Assembly: GCA_045577475.1 (NCBI GenBank)
Contig: JAZNIM010000249.1
Coordinates: 1 to 49,267, forward strand
DNA: 49,267 nt
Direction of reading: 5' to 3'
Source of the DNA: Eubacteriales bacterium
Lineage (GTDB): Bacteria > Bacillota > Clostridia > Oscillospirales > CAG-382
The translations under genes were made by a program, and so were the position numbers. Within the stretch, counting starts at the first letter, position 1. The number at the start of each line of letters is the position of its first letter. Shown in pieces: positions 36,368 to 44,930 of this stretch. The notes beneath the pieces are model-generated. The model ran no database searches, was not told where the DNA came from, and was given only the letters and a program-made list of their open reading frames with translations.

Positions 36368-37717
36368 TTATTCTTCCGCAAGGTAATCTCTGTAACGTCC
36401 GAGATTTTTCCCGTCAACGATTGCTTCAACACTTACGCCATCATTTGTATACTCCACATTCAGAACATTAGCATCTGTATAAAGGGAATTAACCGCTCCC
36501 TGCTTATCAAAGGGAAACAGGAATTTCACCTGCCGTTTTGATTTTGCAAGCTCTTCATCAATAAGGGTGAGAAGATTATCAACGCCGCTGCCGTCCTTTG
36601 CGGAAATGCACACAGTTCCCCTGCTTTTAAGTTCTTCAAATGACGGCACAATATCAAGTCTGTCGCACTTATTGAAAACATAAATTGTCGGCTTATCCGC
36701 AGCAGAAAGCTGGCAAAGAATATCCTCTGTCACCTTGGTTTTCTCCGAGGCATTTTCATCCGAGGCATCCACAACAATCAGCACTATATCCGCATACTTT
36801 ACTTCGTCAAGAGTAGACTTAAACGCCTCAACAAGACCGTGAGGAAGTCTGCTTATAAAGCCTACTGTATCCGACAACAGCAGTGTTCTTCCCGACGGAA
36901 GCGTCATTTTTCTCACTGTTGGGTCAAGGGTTGCAAACAGCTTATCCTCAGCAAGAATATCCGCATCAGTAAGATAATTGAGAAGCGTGGATTTTCCTGC
37001 ATTTGTATATCCAGAAATTACTGCAAGGGGCACATTGCTTTTCATTCTCTTACTGCGTTTTGTGCTTCTGTCCTTTTCCATTTCTTCAAGGGACTTTTTA
37101 AGAGCAAGAATTCGTCTTTGAATATGACGTCTGTCGGTTTCAAGCTTTGTTTCACCCGGGCCTCTTGCACCGATTGAGCCGCTTGTACCGCCCTGTCTTG
37201 ACATGTTTATACCGTTACCCGTAAGACGCGGTGCTGTATATTTAAGCTGTGCAATTTCAACCTGTAATTTACCTTCACCCGTTACCGCATGCTTTGCAAA
37301 AATATCAAGAATGAGCATGGTTCTGTCAATAACCTTGATATTTCCCCGCTTGTTTTCCTCAAAGCAGTTATTGATTTCCTTTTCAAGGTTCCTTATCTGG
37401 CTTGGGGACAGCTCGCTGTCAACCACAACAAGTGACACGTCATTATCTGCACAGAGCTTTCCTGCTTCAACCGCCTTACCGTAGCCAATAAAGGTAGCAG
37501 GATCGGGCGACGGACGGCACTGCATCATTTTGAAGAATTTTGAATTTTCCGAATCCTCACCTATTGAGGTTTCAGCAAGCTGCTGCAATTCATCAAGTGA
37601 CTGCTCACTTACCGCCGTTAAGTCATTATCGTGGTACAGCGATATAAGAAGCACGTTTACATGCTGTTTATTCTCGGTTTCATGTATTTTATCATTAGAT
37701 TGATTTTCCGAAATCAT
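36368..37717 (-). CDS. hflX: GTPase HflX
   Basis: 449 aa. The HflX N-domain has RTMLILDIFAKHA. The G1 motif is GYTNAGKSTLLN and the G3 motif is DTVGF. Confidence 0.9.
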   Translation of the reverse strand: MISENQSNDKIHETENKQHVNVLLISLYHDNDLTAVSEQSLDELQQLAETSIGEDSENSKFFKMMQCRPSPDPATFIGYGKAVEAGKLCADNDVSLVVVDSELSPSQIRNLEKEINNCFEENKRGNIKVIDRTMLILDIFAKHAVTGEGKLQVEIAQLKYTAPRLTGNGINMSRQGGTSGSIGARGPGETKLETDRRHIQRRILALKKSLEEMEKDRSTKRSKRMKSNVPLAVISGYTNAGKSTLLNYLTDADILAEDKLFATLDPTVRKMTLPSGRTLLLSDTVGFISRLPHGLVEAFKSTLDEVKYADIVLIVVDASDENASEKTKVTEDILCQLSAADKPTIYVFNKCDRLDIVPSFEELKSRGTVCISAKDGSGVDNLLTLIDEELAKSKRQVKFLFPFDKQGAVNSLYTDANVLNVEYTNDGVSVEAIVDGKNLGRYRDYLAEE

Positions 37718-37782
37718 ACATACGCCTCCTTCGGTACAACAATTGTCAGGTAATGCATATAATTAAATAAAGGGGTGTTATT

Positions 37783-38076
37783 ATGAAAAATGTTTTATTC
37801 AGCGAGCTTAGCTGCAAAGAGGTTATAAGCTGCTGCGACTGCACAAGGCTGGGTTTTATTGTGGATGCCTGCATTGACATTGACAACGCAAGAATCATAT
37901 CTGTTAACATTGAGCTGCCCGGCAGTTTTTTCAGCTTTTTCAAGAGAAGAATTATAACCCTTCCATGGGAATGCATCAAAAAAATCGGTGACGATTTAAT
38001 AATAACCGAATACGTTCTTCCCCCGGAGCCGCCACAGGAAAAGAAGTCATTTTTTAAATCCATATTCGGCAAATAA
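37783..38076 (+). CDS. ylmC: YlmC/YmxH family PRC-barrel sporulation protein
   Basis: 97 aa. The pattern is FSELSCKEVISCCDCTRLGFIVDACIDIDNARIISV. An AAAGGGGTG SD precedes the start. Confidence 0.7.
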   Translation: MKNVLFSELSCKEVISCCDCTRLGFIVDACIDIDNARIISVNIELPGSFFSFFKRRIITLPWECIKKIGDDLIITEYVLPPEPPQEKKSFFKSIFGK

Positions 38077-38115
38077 GGCTGTAATCGAAAAAACGTGTCG
38101 TCATCAATCACAGCC
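38077..38115. terminator. Imperfect hairpin between the convergent ylmC and 5S-like carboxyltransferase genes
   Basis: GGCTGTAATCGA...TCAATCACAGCC. The outer 6 bp pair perfectly and the inner arm has 2 mismatches. Both sides are T-rich. Confidence 0.4.
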
Positions 38116-38128
38116 TTAATTATTTACT

Positions 38129-39520
38129 TTAGACGGTAGTTACCTTATTTTCGGTATCTGTATTTGCATCAAGTCCGTTTACAGCAAGCTTTCTGTTCTC
38201 GAAGAACTTTACTGCAACCTGATCAAAGAGTGCATAGGAAAGAACGTCTTCATCCTGCATCATATACTGTGCACATTCGCCCTTAAGCTTTTCAAGCTCA
38301 GGCTTAATGTTATCAGCAGGTCTGCATGTAATCTGCTTTTCGTCGCCGATTACCTTCTTCTTTACTTCTTCATTGATAGGCATAGGTGTCTTACCGTATT
38401 CGCCTCTTACAAGACCCTTAAATTCCTTAGTAACCATCTTATAGCGTTCACCTGAAATCACATTCATAACTGCCTGTGTACCTACAATCTGGCTGGAGGG
38501 TGTTACAAGAGGAGGATAACCGACATCTGCTCTTACTCTCGGAACTTCTTCAAGAACCTCTAAGAGCTTATCGCTCTTACCTGCGTTCTTAAGCTGAGAA
38601 ACGAGGTTACTGAGCATACCGCCGGGAACCTGATAAAGAAGTGCGTTAACGTCAACCTTAAGAACCTTGGGGTCAAGAAGACCGCTTGCAAGGTACTTTT
38701 CACGAAGTGCGTCAAACTGCTTGGAAGCCTTATCAAGCTTTGCAAGGTCAAGACCTGTATCATACTGAGTGCCTGCAAGAGTAGCAACGATAGGCTCTGT
38801 CGGAGGCTGGGATGTACCCATAGCAAGAGGAGATATAGCTGTGTCGATAATATCTACGCCTGCTTCAACCGCCTTGAGAACTGTCATGGATGCAAGACCT
38901 GCGGTATAGTGAGTATGAAGCTGAAGAGGAATCTTTACGTTTTCCTTAAGAGCCTTAACAAGCTCGTAGGAATCGTAAGGTTTTAACAGACCTGCCATAT
39001 CCTTGATACAGATTGAGTCTGCGCCCATTTCTTCAAGCTGCTTTGCGTACTTTACATAGTACTCTGTTGTATAGGAAGGGCCTGTTGTATAGCTGAATGC
39101 AGCCTGAACATGACCGCCTTCCTTCTTTGTTGCATTAATTGCTGTCTTGAGGTTACGGGTATCGTTAAGAGCATCGAAAATTCTGATGATATCAATACCG
39201 TTTGCGATTGACTTCTGAACAAAGTATTCAACAACGTCATCCGCATAGTGTCTGTAACCGAGAATATTCTGACCTCTGAAAAGCATCTGAAGCTTTGAGT
39301 TCTTTATATGGCTTCTGATGGTTCTGAGTCTTTTCCAAGGGTCTTCATTAAGGAATCTGAGACAAGCATCAAATGTTGCTCCGCCCCATACTTCCATGGC
39401 ATAATAGCCTATATCGTCAAGGGAATCAAGAATCGGAAGCATTTCTTCCGTTGTCATACGTGTTGCAACAAGGGACTGATGCGAATCACGCAGAGCTGTT
39501 TCCATAATTTTTACTGCCAT
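38129..39520 (-). CDS. Oxaloacetate decarboxylase alpha / transcarboxylase 5S-type carboxyltransferase, lacking a biotinyl domain
   Basis: 463 aa. It has IMETALRDSHQSLVATRMTTEEMLPI, EVWGGATFDACLRFLNEDPWKRL and QMLFRGQNILGY. No AMKM motif is present at the C-terminus. Confidence 0.85.
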   Translation of the reverse strand: MAVKIMETALRDSHQSLVATRMTTEEMLPILDSLDDIGYYAMEVWGGATFDACLRFLNEDPWKRLRTIRSHIKNSKLQMLFRGQNILGYRHYADDVVEYFVQKSIANGIDIIRIFDALNDTRNLKTAINATKKEGGHVQAAFSYTTGPSYTTEYYVKYAKQLEEMGADSICIKDMAGLLKPYDSYELVKALKENVKIPLQLHTHYTAGLASMTVLKAVEAGVDIIDTAISPLAMGTSQPPTEPIVATLAGTQYDTGLDLAKLDKASKQFDALREKYLASGLLDPKVLKVDVNALLYQVPGGMLSNLVSQLKNAGKSDKLLEVLEEVPRVRADVGYPPLVTPSSQIVGTQAVMNVISGERYKMVTKEFKGLVRGEYGKTPMPINEEVKKKVIGDEKQITCRPADNIKPELEKLKGECAQYMMQDEDVLSYALFDQVAVKFFENRKLAVNGLDANTDTENKVTTV

Positions 39521-39540
39521 CGTAATTTTCCTTTCTTAAA

Positions 39541-40755
39541 TTAGTGAGGAATTGATGCAAGGAATACACCTGCGGCAACCGCAGAACCGATTACACCTGC
39601 AACATTGGGGCCCATTGCGTGCATGAGAAGGAAGTTGGAGGGATTCTCCTTCTGTCCAACTGTCTGAGCAACTCTTGCTGCCATAGGTACGGCAGAAACG
39701 CCTGCAGAACCGATAAGAGGGTTAATCCTACCGCCTGAAATCAAACACATAACCTTACCAAGCATAAGTCCGCCGAGAGTCGCAAATGCGAACGCACAAA
39801 GTCCAAGGACGATAATAAGAATCGTGTCAAGCTTTAAGAAGCTTTCTGCATCTGCTGTAATACCAACAGAAACACCGAGGAATATTGTTACAATATTACA
39901 AAGCTCATTCTGTGCTGTCTTTGAAAGTCTGTCCGTAACTCCGCACACATTAAAGAGGTTACCAAGCATGAGGAAGCCTACAAGTGGTGCGGCATCGGGA
40001 AGAATAAGAGCTACAACCGCTGCTACAAGTATGGGGAATATAATCTTCTCTGTCTTTGAAACGGGACGCAGAGTTGACATATCCATCTTAATCTGTCTTT
40101 CCTTCTTAGTTGTAACAAGCTTCATCAGCGGAGGCTGAATAATGGGAATCAGCGCCATATACGAGTACGCCGCAACCGCAATTGCACCCAACAGATGAGG
40201 AGCAAGTGTCTTTGTTACAAGAATTGCCGTAGGACCGTCTGCACCGCCGATGATACCGATGGAAGCCGCTTCCTGAGGTGAAAAGCCAAGAGCAATTGCA
40301 CCTGTGAAGGCTACATAGATACCAAACTGTGCACCGGCACCGAGAAGAAGGCTTGAGGGCTTTGCTATAAGAGGAGTAAAGTCGGTCATAGCACCGATTG
40401 CAAGGAAGATAAGCGAAGGATAAATACCAAGCTTAACACCAAGATACAAATAGTCCATAAGACCGCCGTGCTGTCCTATCTCAGCCCAGTTAATGATACT
40501 CTGCTCGTTAATAAACCATTCCTTATGGAAAAGTCCCGTTCCCGGCAGATTTGCGAGCAGCATACCGAAGGCAATGGGCAAAAGCAAGAGAGGCTCAAAG
40601 CCTTTACCTATTGCAAGGTATATCAGCACGCCTGAAATCACGAACATTATGAGAGTTTTTATAAACGCAGTATTCAAATCACCGTTTTCATTGAAAAACA
40701 TCTGATAGATACCCGTCGTTTCCCACAAGTTCAACAAGCTATCTAAAAAATTCAT
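39541..40755 (-). CDS. Sodium ion-translocating decarboxylase beta subunit (OadB/MmdB/GcdB family)
   Basis: 404 aa and polytopic. It has IGIIGGADGPTAI and GSAGVSAVPMAARV. Confidence 0.9.
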   Translation of the reverse strand: MNFLDSLLNLWETTGIYQMFFNENGDLNTAFIKTLIMFVISGVLIYLAIGKGFEPLLLLPIAFGMLLANLPGTGLFHKEWFINEQSIINWAEIGQHGGLMDYLYLGVKLGIYPSLIFLAIGAMTDFTPLIAKPSSLLLGAGAQFGIYVAFTGAIALGFSPQEAASIGIIGGADGPTAILVTKTLAPHLLGAIAVAAYSYMALIPIIQPPLMKLVTTKKERQIKMDMSTLRPVSKTEKIIFPILVAAVVALILPDAAPLVGFLMLGNLFNVCGVTDRLSKTAQNELCNIVTIFLGVSVGITADAESFLKLDTILIIVLGLCAFAFATLGGLMLGKVMCLISGGRINPLIGSAGVSAVPMAARVAQTVGQKENPSNFLLMHAMGPNVAGVIGSAVAAGVFLASIPH

Positions 40756-40783
40756 TAGAATGCACCTCGTGTTTCGTTAAAAC

Positions 40784-41188
40784 TTATGCGAGTGTAAAGA
40801 GTACATCACCGGAGTTAACCGATGCACCCTTCTGTGCAACAACGGATGTAATCTTACCGTCACGGGGAGCAACAATATCGTTTTCCATCTTCATAGCTTC
40901 AAGTACGCAAAGAACGACGCCGCTCTTTACTGTTGCACCGTTTTCAACGTTAATCTTGAGAACAGTACCGTTAAGAGGTGCATTTACGGGTTCGCCTGCT
41001 CCGGGAGCTGCTGCAGGTGCAGGAGCTGCTGCGGGTGCGGGTGCTGCTGCGGGTGCAGGTGTTGCTGCAGGTGCTGCTACGGGAGCTGCCACGGGTGCTG
41101 CTACAGGTGCAGATGCAACTGCGCCGACTTCTTCAACTACAACGTCATATACAACGCCGTTTACTGTAACACTATATTGCTTAGCCAT
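40784..41188 (-). CDS. Biotin carboxyl carrier subunit with a long Ala/Pro linker
   Basis: 134 aa. The C-terminal biotinyl domain has LEAMKMEN (biotinyl-Lys). The linker reads APVAAPVAAPVAAPAATPAPAAAPAPAAAPAPAAAP. Confidence 0.9.
   Translation of the reverse strand: MAKQYSVTVNGVVYDVVVEEVGAVASAPVAAPVAAPVAAPAATPAPAAAPAPAAAPAPAAAPGAGEPVNAPLNGTVLKINVENGATVKSGVVLCVLEAMKMENDIVAPRDGKITSVVAQKGASVNSGDVLFTLA
40994..41122. repeat. GC-rich degenerate tandem repeats encoding the Ala/Pro linker
   Basis: Reiterated GGTGCTGCTRCRGG-like units. The region is locally far more GC-rich than its surroundings and lies wholly inside the carrier CDS. Confidence 0.8.
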
Positions 41189-41220
41189 AATAATAATCTC
41201 CTTTAATACGTAAAGATTTT

Positions 41221-41634
41221 TTACTTTCTCTTTTTGAATGATACTACTCTGAAGCCGCCTGCTTCACCGTTTGCTGCTCTGAATGAGGTGATTGCCGCAA
41301 TAATTGCCGCAACAATGTCATTACCGCTTGCAACAGGTGCAGGTGCTGCTTCAACTACTGCAGGCTGTTCTGCCTTTGCTTCATGCTTTTTGGGTTCTTC
41401 CTTTACGGCAGGCTTACTTGATGCCTTTGCCTCAGCCGCACCGAAAATTTTACCGAAGGCAATAATTATTACCATCAAAAGTGCAAGAACTCCGAAAACC
41501 ACTGCAAATCCGAAAAGAGAGAACGGAAGTCCAAAGGAAACCGCCTTACTCAAAGCTTCACTTGAGCCGGGAGCAAACTTTTCGGTATAGAACGCCATAT
41601 CGGCAGCCGTATTCAATAACTGTACACTATTCAT
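41221..41634 (-). CDS. OadG/MmdD-type small membrane anchor subunit of the decarboxylase
   Basis: 137 aa. It has one TM helix (FGFAVVFGVLALLMVIIIAF), an Ala/Pro/Lys linker and the C-terminal IVAAIIAAITSF. Confidence 0.7.
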   Translation of the reverse strand: MNSVQLLNTAADMAFYTEKFAPGSSEALSKAVSFGLPFSLFGFAVVFGVLALLMVIIIAFGKIFGAAEAKASSKPAVKEEPKKHEAKAEQPAVVEAAPAPVASGNDIVAAIIAAITSFRAANGEAGGFRVVSFKKRK

Positions 41635-41655
41635 AATTACACCACCAATTCTTTA

Positions 41656-43140
41656 TTAAAGGGATGCAAATTCGCTCTTCATGGAGAGCATTTCAAGTGC
41701 ACTTGCAATTTTAACTCTCAAATCCTCTGCGGGAATAATATCATCAACCTGACCGCTCTGTGCAGCAAGAAGAGGAGTTGACATGAGAAGTGCCCAGTCT
41801 TCCTCGAGAGCCTTTCTCTTTTCGATGGGTGCCTTTGCACCGAGCATCTTTTCTGTCCACATCAAAGCAACGGAAGCTGCAGGATTGAGAACACCGATTT
41901 TTGCACTGTCAAGAGCGAGAACCATATCAGCACCAAGCTCCTTTGAGCCAAGTACAGTGAATGCAGTACCGAATGCTTCGCCAACATTTACTGTTACAAC
42001 GGGAACGGATGCGGTGCAGTAAGCCTCTGCAAGAGAAGCAGCCTCAAAGCTCACTCTGCCGCCCTTTGCTTCACATTCTGCACTGAAGCCCTTTGTATCA
42101 ACAAGTGTAAGCACGGAAATACCAAAGGTATCACAAAGCTTAATGAAAGCAGTTGCCTTTCTCATACAGCCTGTGCAGAGCTTTCCGCCTTCCTTGGGGT
42201 TATTTGCAACAACACCGGTTACAATACCGTTTACTGTCATAAGTGCAGTTACTACAGACTTTGACTTATCGGCATTAAGCTCGGTAAACTTTCCTCCGTC
42301 TGCGATTTGTGCAACAACATCATGAACATCATAGCCTTCGGATGCAACAATGGATGCAACAGCGGGTGTTGCTCTGTTGGGGTCATCCTCAACGCCTGTA
42401 TACACATTCTTATCAAGCTTATTTGAAGGAAGATAAGAAAGAACCTCCTTAACGCCTTCAAATGCCTCTGCGGCAGTCTTTGCAGTAAGTGCAACATTTC
42501 CGTTTTTAGCTGAATATTCGCAAGAACCAATTTCTTTATCGGCACCGCCGTTAACAAGTACGGATGCGGGAGTCTGTGTGAAAGATGCACCTTCAACCAT
42601 AACCGCAACATCAGACATTGCAGCAATAGTAGCGGATGCGCCTGCTGTATTTCCTGCAACAACTGCAATCTGAGGCACCTTACCCTTGAGGCTTGCTGCC
42701 TTCTTCATAACTTTGCCGTAGCCTGCAAGAACGTCAATTCCTTCTTCAAGCTTTGCTCCGTTTGAGTCAAACACAGCAACTACGGGAGCACCGTTCTTTT
42801 TTGCCATATCATAAAGAGCTGCAATCTTATCGGCAGCCGCCTTTGAAAATGCGCCGTTAAGTCTTGCTGCGTTCTGTGCATAAACGAAGGTAAGTCTTCC
42901 GTCTACCGCACCGTAACCACAGACAACGCCCTCATATTCCTCGGTGTTTGCTGTGGCAAGTTCATTAGCATAAGCCTTGACATAAGCATTTGTTTCAACA
43001 AATGTTCCTTCATCAAGGAGCATTCCGATAAGCTCATATGCAGTAAATTTTCCTGCCTTATGGAGTTTATCGGCAGCAGTCTTGTCATTAAGTGCTTTTT
43101 TAGCTTTTACAAGGCTTTCGCTTCTTTTCTGTAAATCCAT
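41656..43140 (-). CDS. Acyl-CoA carboxyltransferase (12S / MmdA / PccB-like), divergent
   Basis: 494 aa. The architecture is a duplicated crotonase-like domain. Motifs are KLHKAGKFTAYELIGMLLDEGTFVE, VVCGYGAVDGRLTFVYAQ and DSNGAKLEEG. Confidence 0.7.
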   Translation of the reverse strand: MDLQKRSESLVKAKKALNDKTAADKLHKAGKFTAYELIGMLLDEGTFVETNAYVKAYANELATANTEEYEGVVCGYGAVDGRLTFVYAQNAARLNGAFSKAAADKIAALYDMAKKNGAPVVAVFDSNGAKLEEGIDVLAGYGKVMKKAASLKGKVPQIAVVAGNTAGASATIAAMSDVAVMVEGASFTQTPASVLVNGGADKEIGSCEYSAKNGNVALTAKTAAEAFEGVKEVLSYLPSNKLDKNVYTGVEDDPNRATPAVASIVASEGYDVHDVVAQIADGGKFTELNADKSKSVVTALMTVNGIVTGVVANNPKEGGKLCTGCMRKATAFIKLCDTFGISVLTLVDTKGFSAECEAKGGRVSFEAASLAEAYCTASVPVVTVNVGEAFGTAFTVLGSKELGADMVLALDSAKIGVLNPAASVALMWTEKMLGAKAPIEKRKALEEDWALLMSTPLLAAQSGQVDDIIPAEDLRVKIASALEMLSMKSEFASL

Positions 43141-43211
43141 ACGTCAACCTCCATATTGATTCTAAAACGGGTTTTGCCAAAGTTTCCCAACTTCCGCCCC
43201 ATTATGGGTTT

Positions 43212-43240
43212 ATTATACAACATTGTTAAATTATTTTCAA
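43212..43240 (-). promoter_or_regulatory. Consensus-like promoter of the decarboxylase operon
   Basis: On the minus strand: TTGAAA (43240-43235), a 17-nt spacer, then TATAAT (43217-43212). It lies about 70 nt upstream of ATG 43140. Confidence 0.6.
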
Positions 43241-43283
43241 TAGTATTATTCCAAATACTTACAATTTAATTGTTAATTTTTTG

Positions 43284-43610
43284 TTATTTCGGAATTGCTC
43301 CAAGCATAAATTCAAGGCACTGTCTTAAAAGATAGAACGAGTCCTTAAACATATAATAATTCAGCACCGCACTTACGGGTACAAGAAATCTAAAAAGAAA
43401 TTTACTTGTTTTATGATTGAAAATAATCATTCCGAACAATGCCCCTATTCCGCCGAAGAACAGTGAAAGCAAGAGCAGTACAAGCTCGGGTATTCTGAAT
43501 TTTTTCTTTTTTGCCATCAGTTTATCAAAGCCGAAAAGCAAAAAGGTTGCCGCATTGAGAAACACCATAAGCTCCCATGCGGTTATAACAATCTGACCGA
43601 TTTTTATCAT
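43284..43610 (-). CDS. DUF1294 family small membrane protein
   Basis: Track ORF runs to 43652. I prefer ATG 43610, preceded by AGGAGC. It has GFDKLMAKKKKFRIPE and FGGIGALFGMIIFNHKTSK. Confidence 0.7.
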   Translation of the reverse strand: MIKIGQIVITAWELMVFLNAATFLLFGFDKLMAKKKKFRIPELVLLLLSLFFGGIGALFGMIIFNHKTSKFLFRFLVPVSAVLNYYMFKDSFYLLRQCLEFMLGAIPK

Positions 43611-43623
43611 ATTAAGCTCCTGT

Positions 43624-43661
43624 AAAAAAGCACATGGAAAGCAAGAATACAATCCATGTGC
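43624..43661 (-). terminator. Rho-independent terminator after ackA
   Basis: The minus-strand RNA reads GCACAUGG-(16-nt loop)-CCAUGUGC followed by UUUUUU. Confidence 0.7.
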
Positions 43662-43680
43662 CTTGTGAATTATCTTTAAA

Positions 43681-44889
43681 TTACTTTACGAGTGCGTATG
43701 TATCTCTTGCAATCATAAGTTCTTCATTTGTGGGGATAACAAGCATCTTAACCTTGGCACCCTTTGCGGAAATGTCATTTTCATCACTTGTTCTCTTTGC
43801 CTTTGCATTGATTTCTTCATCAATTTCAACGCCCATAAACTTAAGATTTTCAGCAACTCTTGTTCTGTACTGGGGATTGTTTTCACCGATACCGCCTGTG
43901 AATACAACAGCATCAATACCGCCCATAGCCGCAGCAAAGCCGCCTACGTACTTTGTAATCTGGTGGCAGAGCATGCTTTCGATAAGCTGATATCTTTCGT
44001 TACCGTTCTTTGCGCCGTCTTCGATATCTCTGTTATCGCTTGTTACACCGCCTGTAACGCCGAGAATACCCGACTGCTTATTGAGCATCTTATCAACATC
44101 AGCAGCACTCATGCCTTCCTTTTCCATGAGGAAAGGAATAATTGCAGGGTCAATTGAGCCGCTTCTTGTACCCATCATAAGACCTTCAAGAGGAGTAACG
44201 CCCATTGTTGTATCAAAGCTCTTACCGCCCTTTACAGCTGTAATGGAAGAACCGTTACCGAGGTGGCATGTTACGATATTGATTTCTTCAGGCTTCTTAC
44301 CAAGCATTTCTGCTGCACGTGCAGTTACATATCTGTGAGATGTGCCGTGGAAGCCGTAACGGCGAAGCTTATACTTTTCATAATACTGATAAGGAATAGG
44401 ATACATATAAGCAAAATCAGGCATTGTCTGATGGAAGCTTGTATCAAATACACCAACCTGAGGTACATTCTTACCCATAATTTCTTCACAAGCCTTGATA
44501 CCTGTGATATTTGCAGGGTTATGGAGAGGGCTGAGAGATGAACATTCCTTGATAGCTTCTATTACTTCGTCGGTAATCATAACTGAGCCTGAGAACTTTT
44601 CACCGCCGTGAACAACTCTGTGACCGACAGCTGCGATTTCACTCATAGCGGAAATTACGCCGTGTTCTTTATCAGTAAGAGCATCAACAACAAACTTGAT
44701 ACCTGCTGCGTGGTCGGGAATATCAACCTCAACCTTATACTCTGTACCGTCTGCATTCTTCTGCTTGAAGTTACCGCCGTCAATGCCGATTCTGTCGCAC
44801 TGACCCTTAGCAAGAAGATTTTCGTTTGTCATGTCAATAAGCTGATACTTAATGGAGGATGAACCTGCATTTATTACCAAAACTTTCAT
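43681..44889 (-). CDS. ackA: Acetate kinase
   Basis: 402 aa. It has MKVLVINAGSSSIKYQL, HRVVHGG and FHGTSHRYV. Confidence 0.95.
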   Translation of the reverse strand: MKVLVINAGSSSIKYQLIDMTNENLLAKGQCDRIGIDGGNFKQKNADGTEYKVEVDIPDHAAGIKFVVDALTDKEHGVISAMSEIAAVGHRVVHGGEKFSGSVMITDEVIEAIKECSSLSPLHNPANITGIKACEEIMGKNVPQVGVFDTSFHQTMPDFAYMYPIPYQYYEKYKLRRYGFHGTSHRYVTARAAEMLGKKPEEINIVTCHLGNGSSITAVKGGKSFDTTMGVTPLEGLMMGTRSGSIDPAIIPFLMEKEGMSAADVDKMLNKQSGILGVTGGVTSDNRDIEDGAKNGNERYQLIESMLCHQITKYVGGFAAAMGGIDAVVFTGGIGENNPQYRTRVAENLKFMGVEIDEEINAKAKRTSDENDISAKGAKVKMLVIPTNEELMIARDTYALVK

Positions 44890-44930
44890 TGTCTATTCTT
44901 CCTTTCAAAATACGGGTTTTACCCCATTAA

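Noticed and set aside
37746-38111. A 121-aa minus-strand ORF overlapping ylmC.
   Set aside because: The plus-strand product matches the YlmC/YmxH PRC-barrel pattern and has an SD. The minus-strand ORF has no recognisable features.
40956-41213. A GC-rich reiterated stretch. I considered a CRISPR-like array, a minisatellite, or independent Ala/Gly-rich plus-strand ORFs (40956..41213 and 40978..41169).
   Set aside because: The repeats are degenerate and have no spacers. They lie wholly inside the biotin carrier gene and encode the Ala/Pro hinge that is typical of these carriers.
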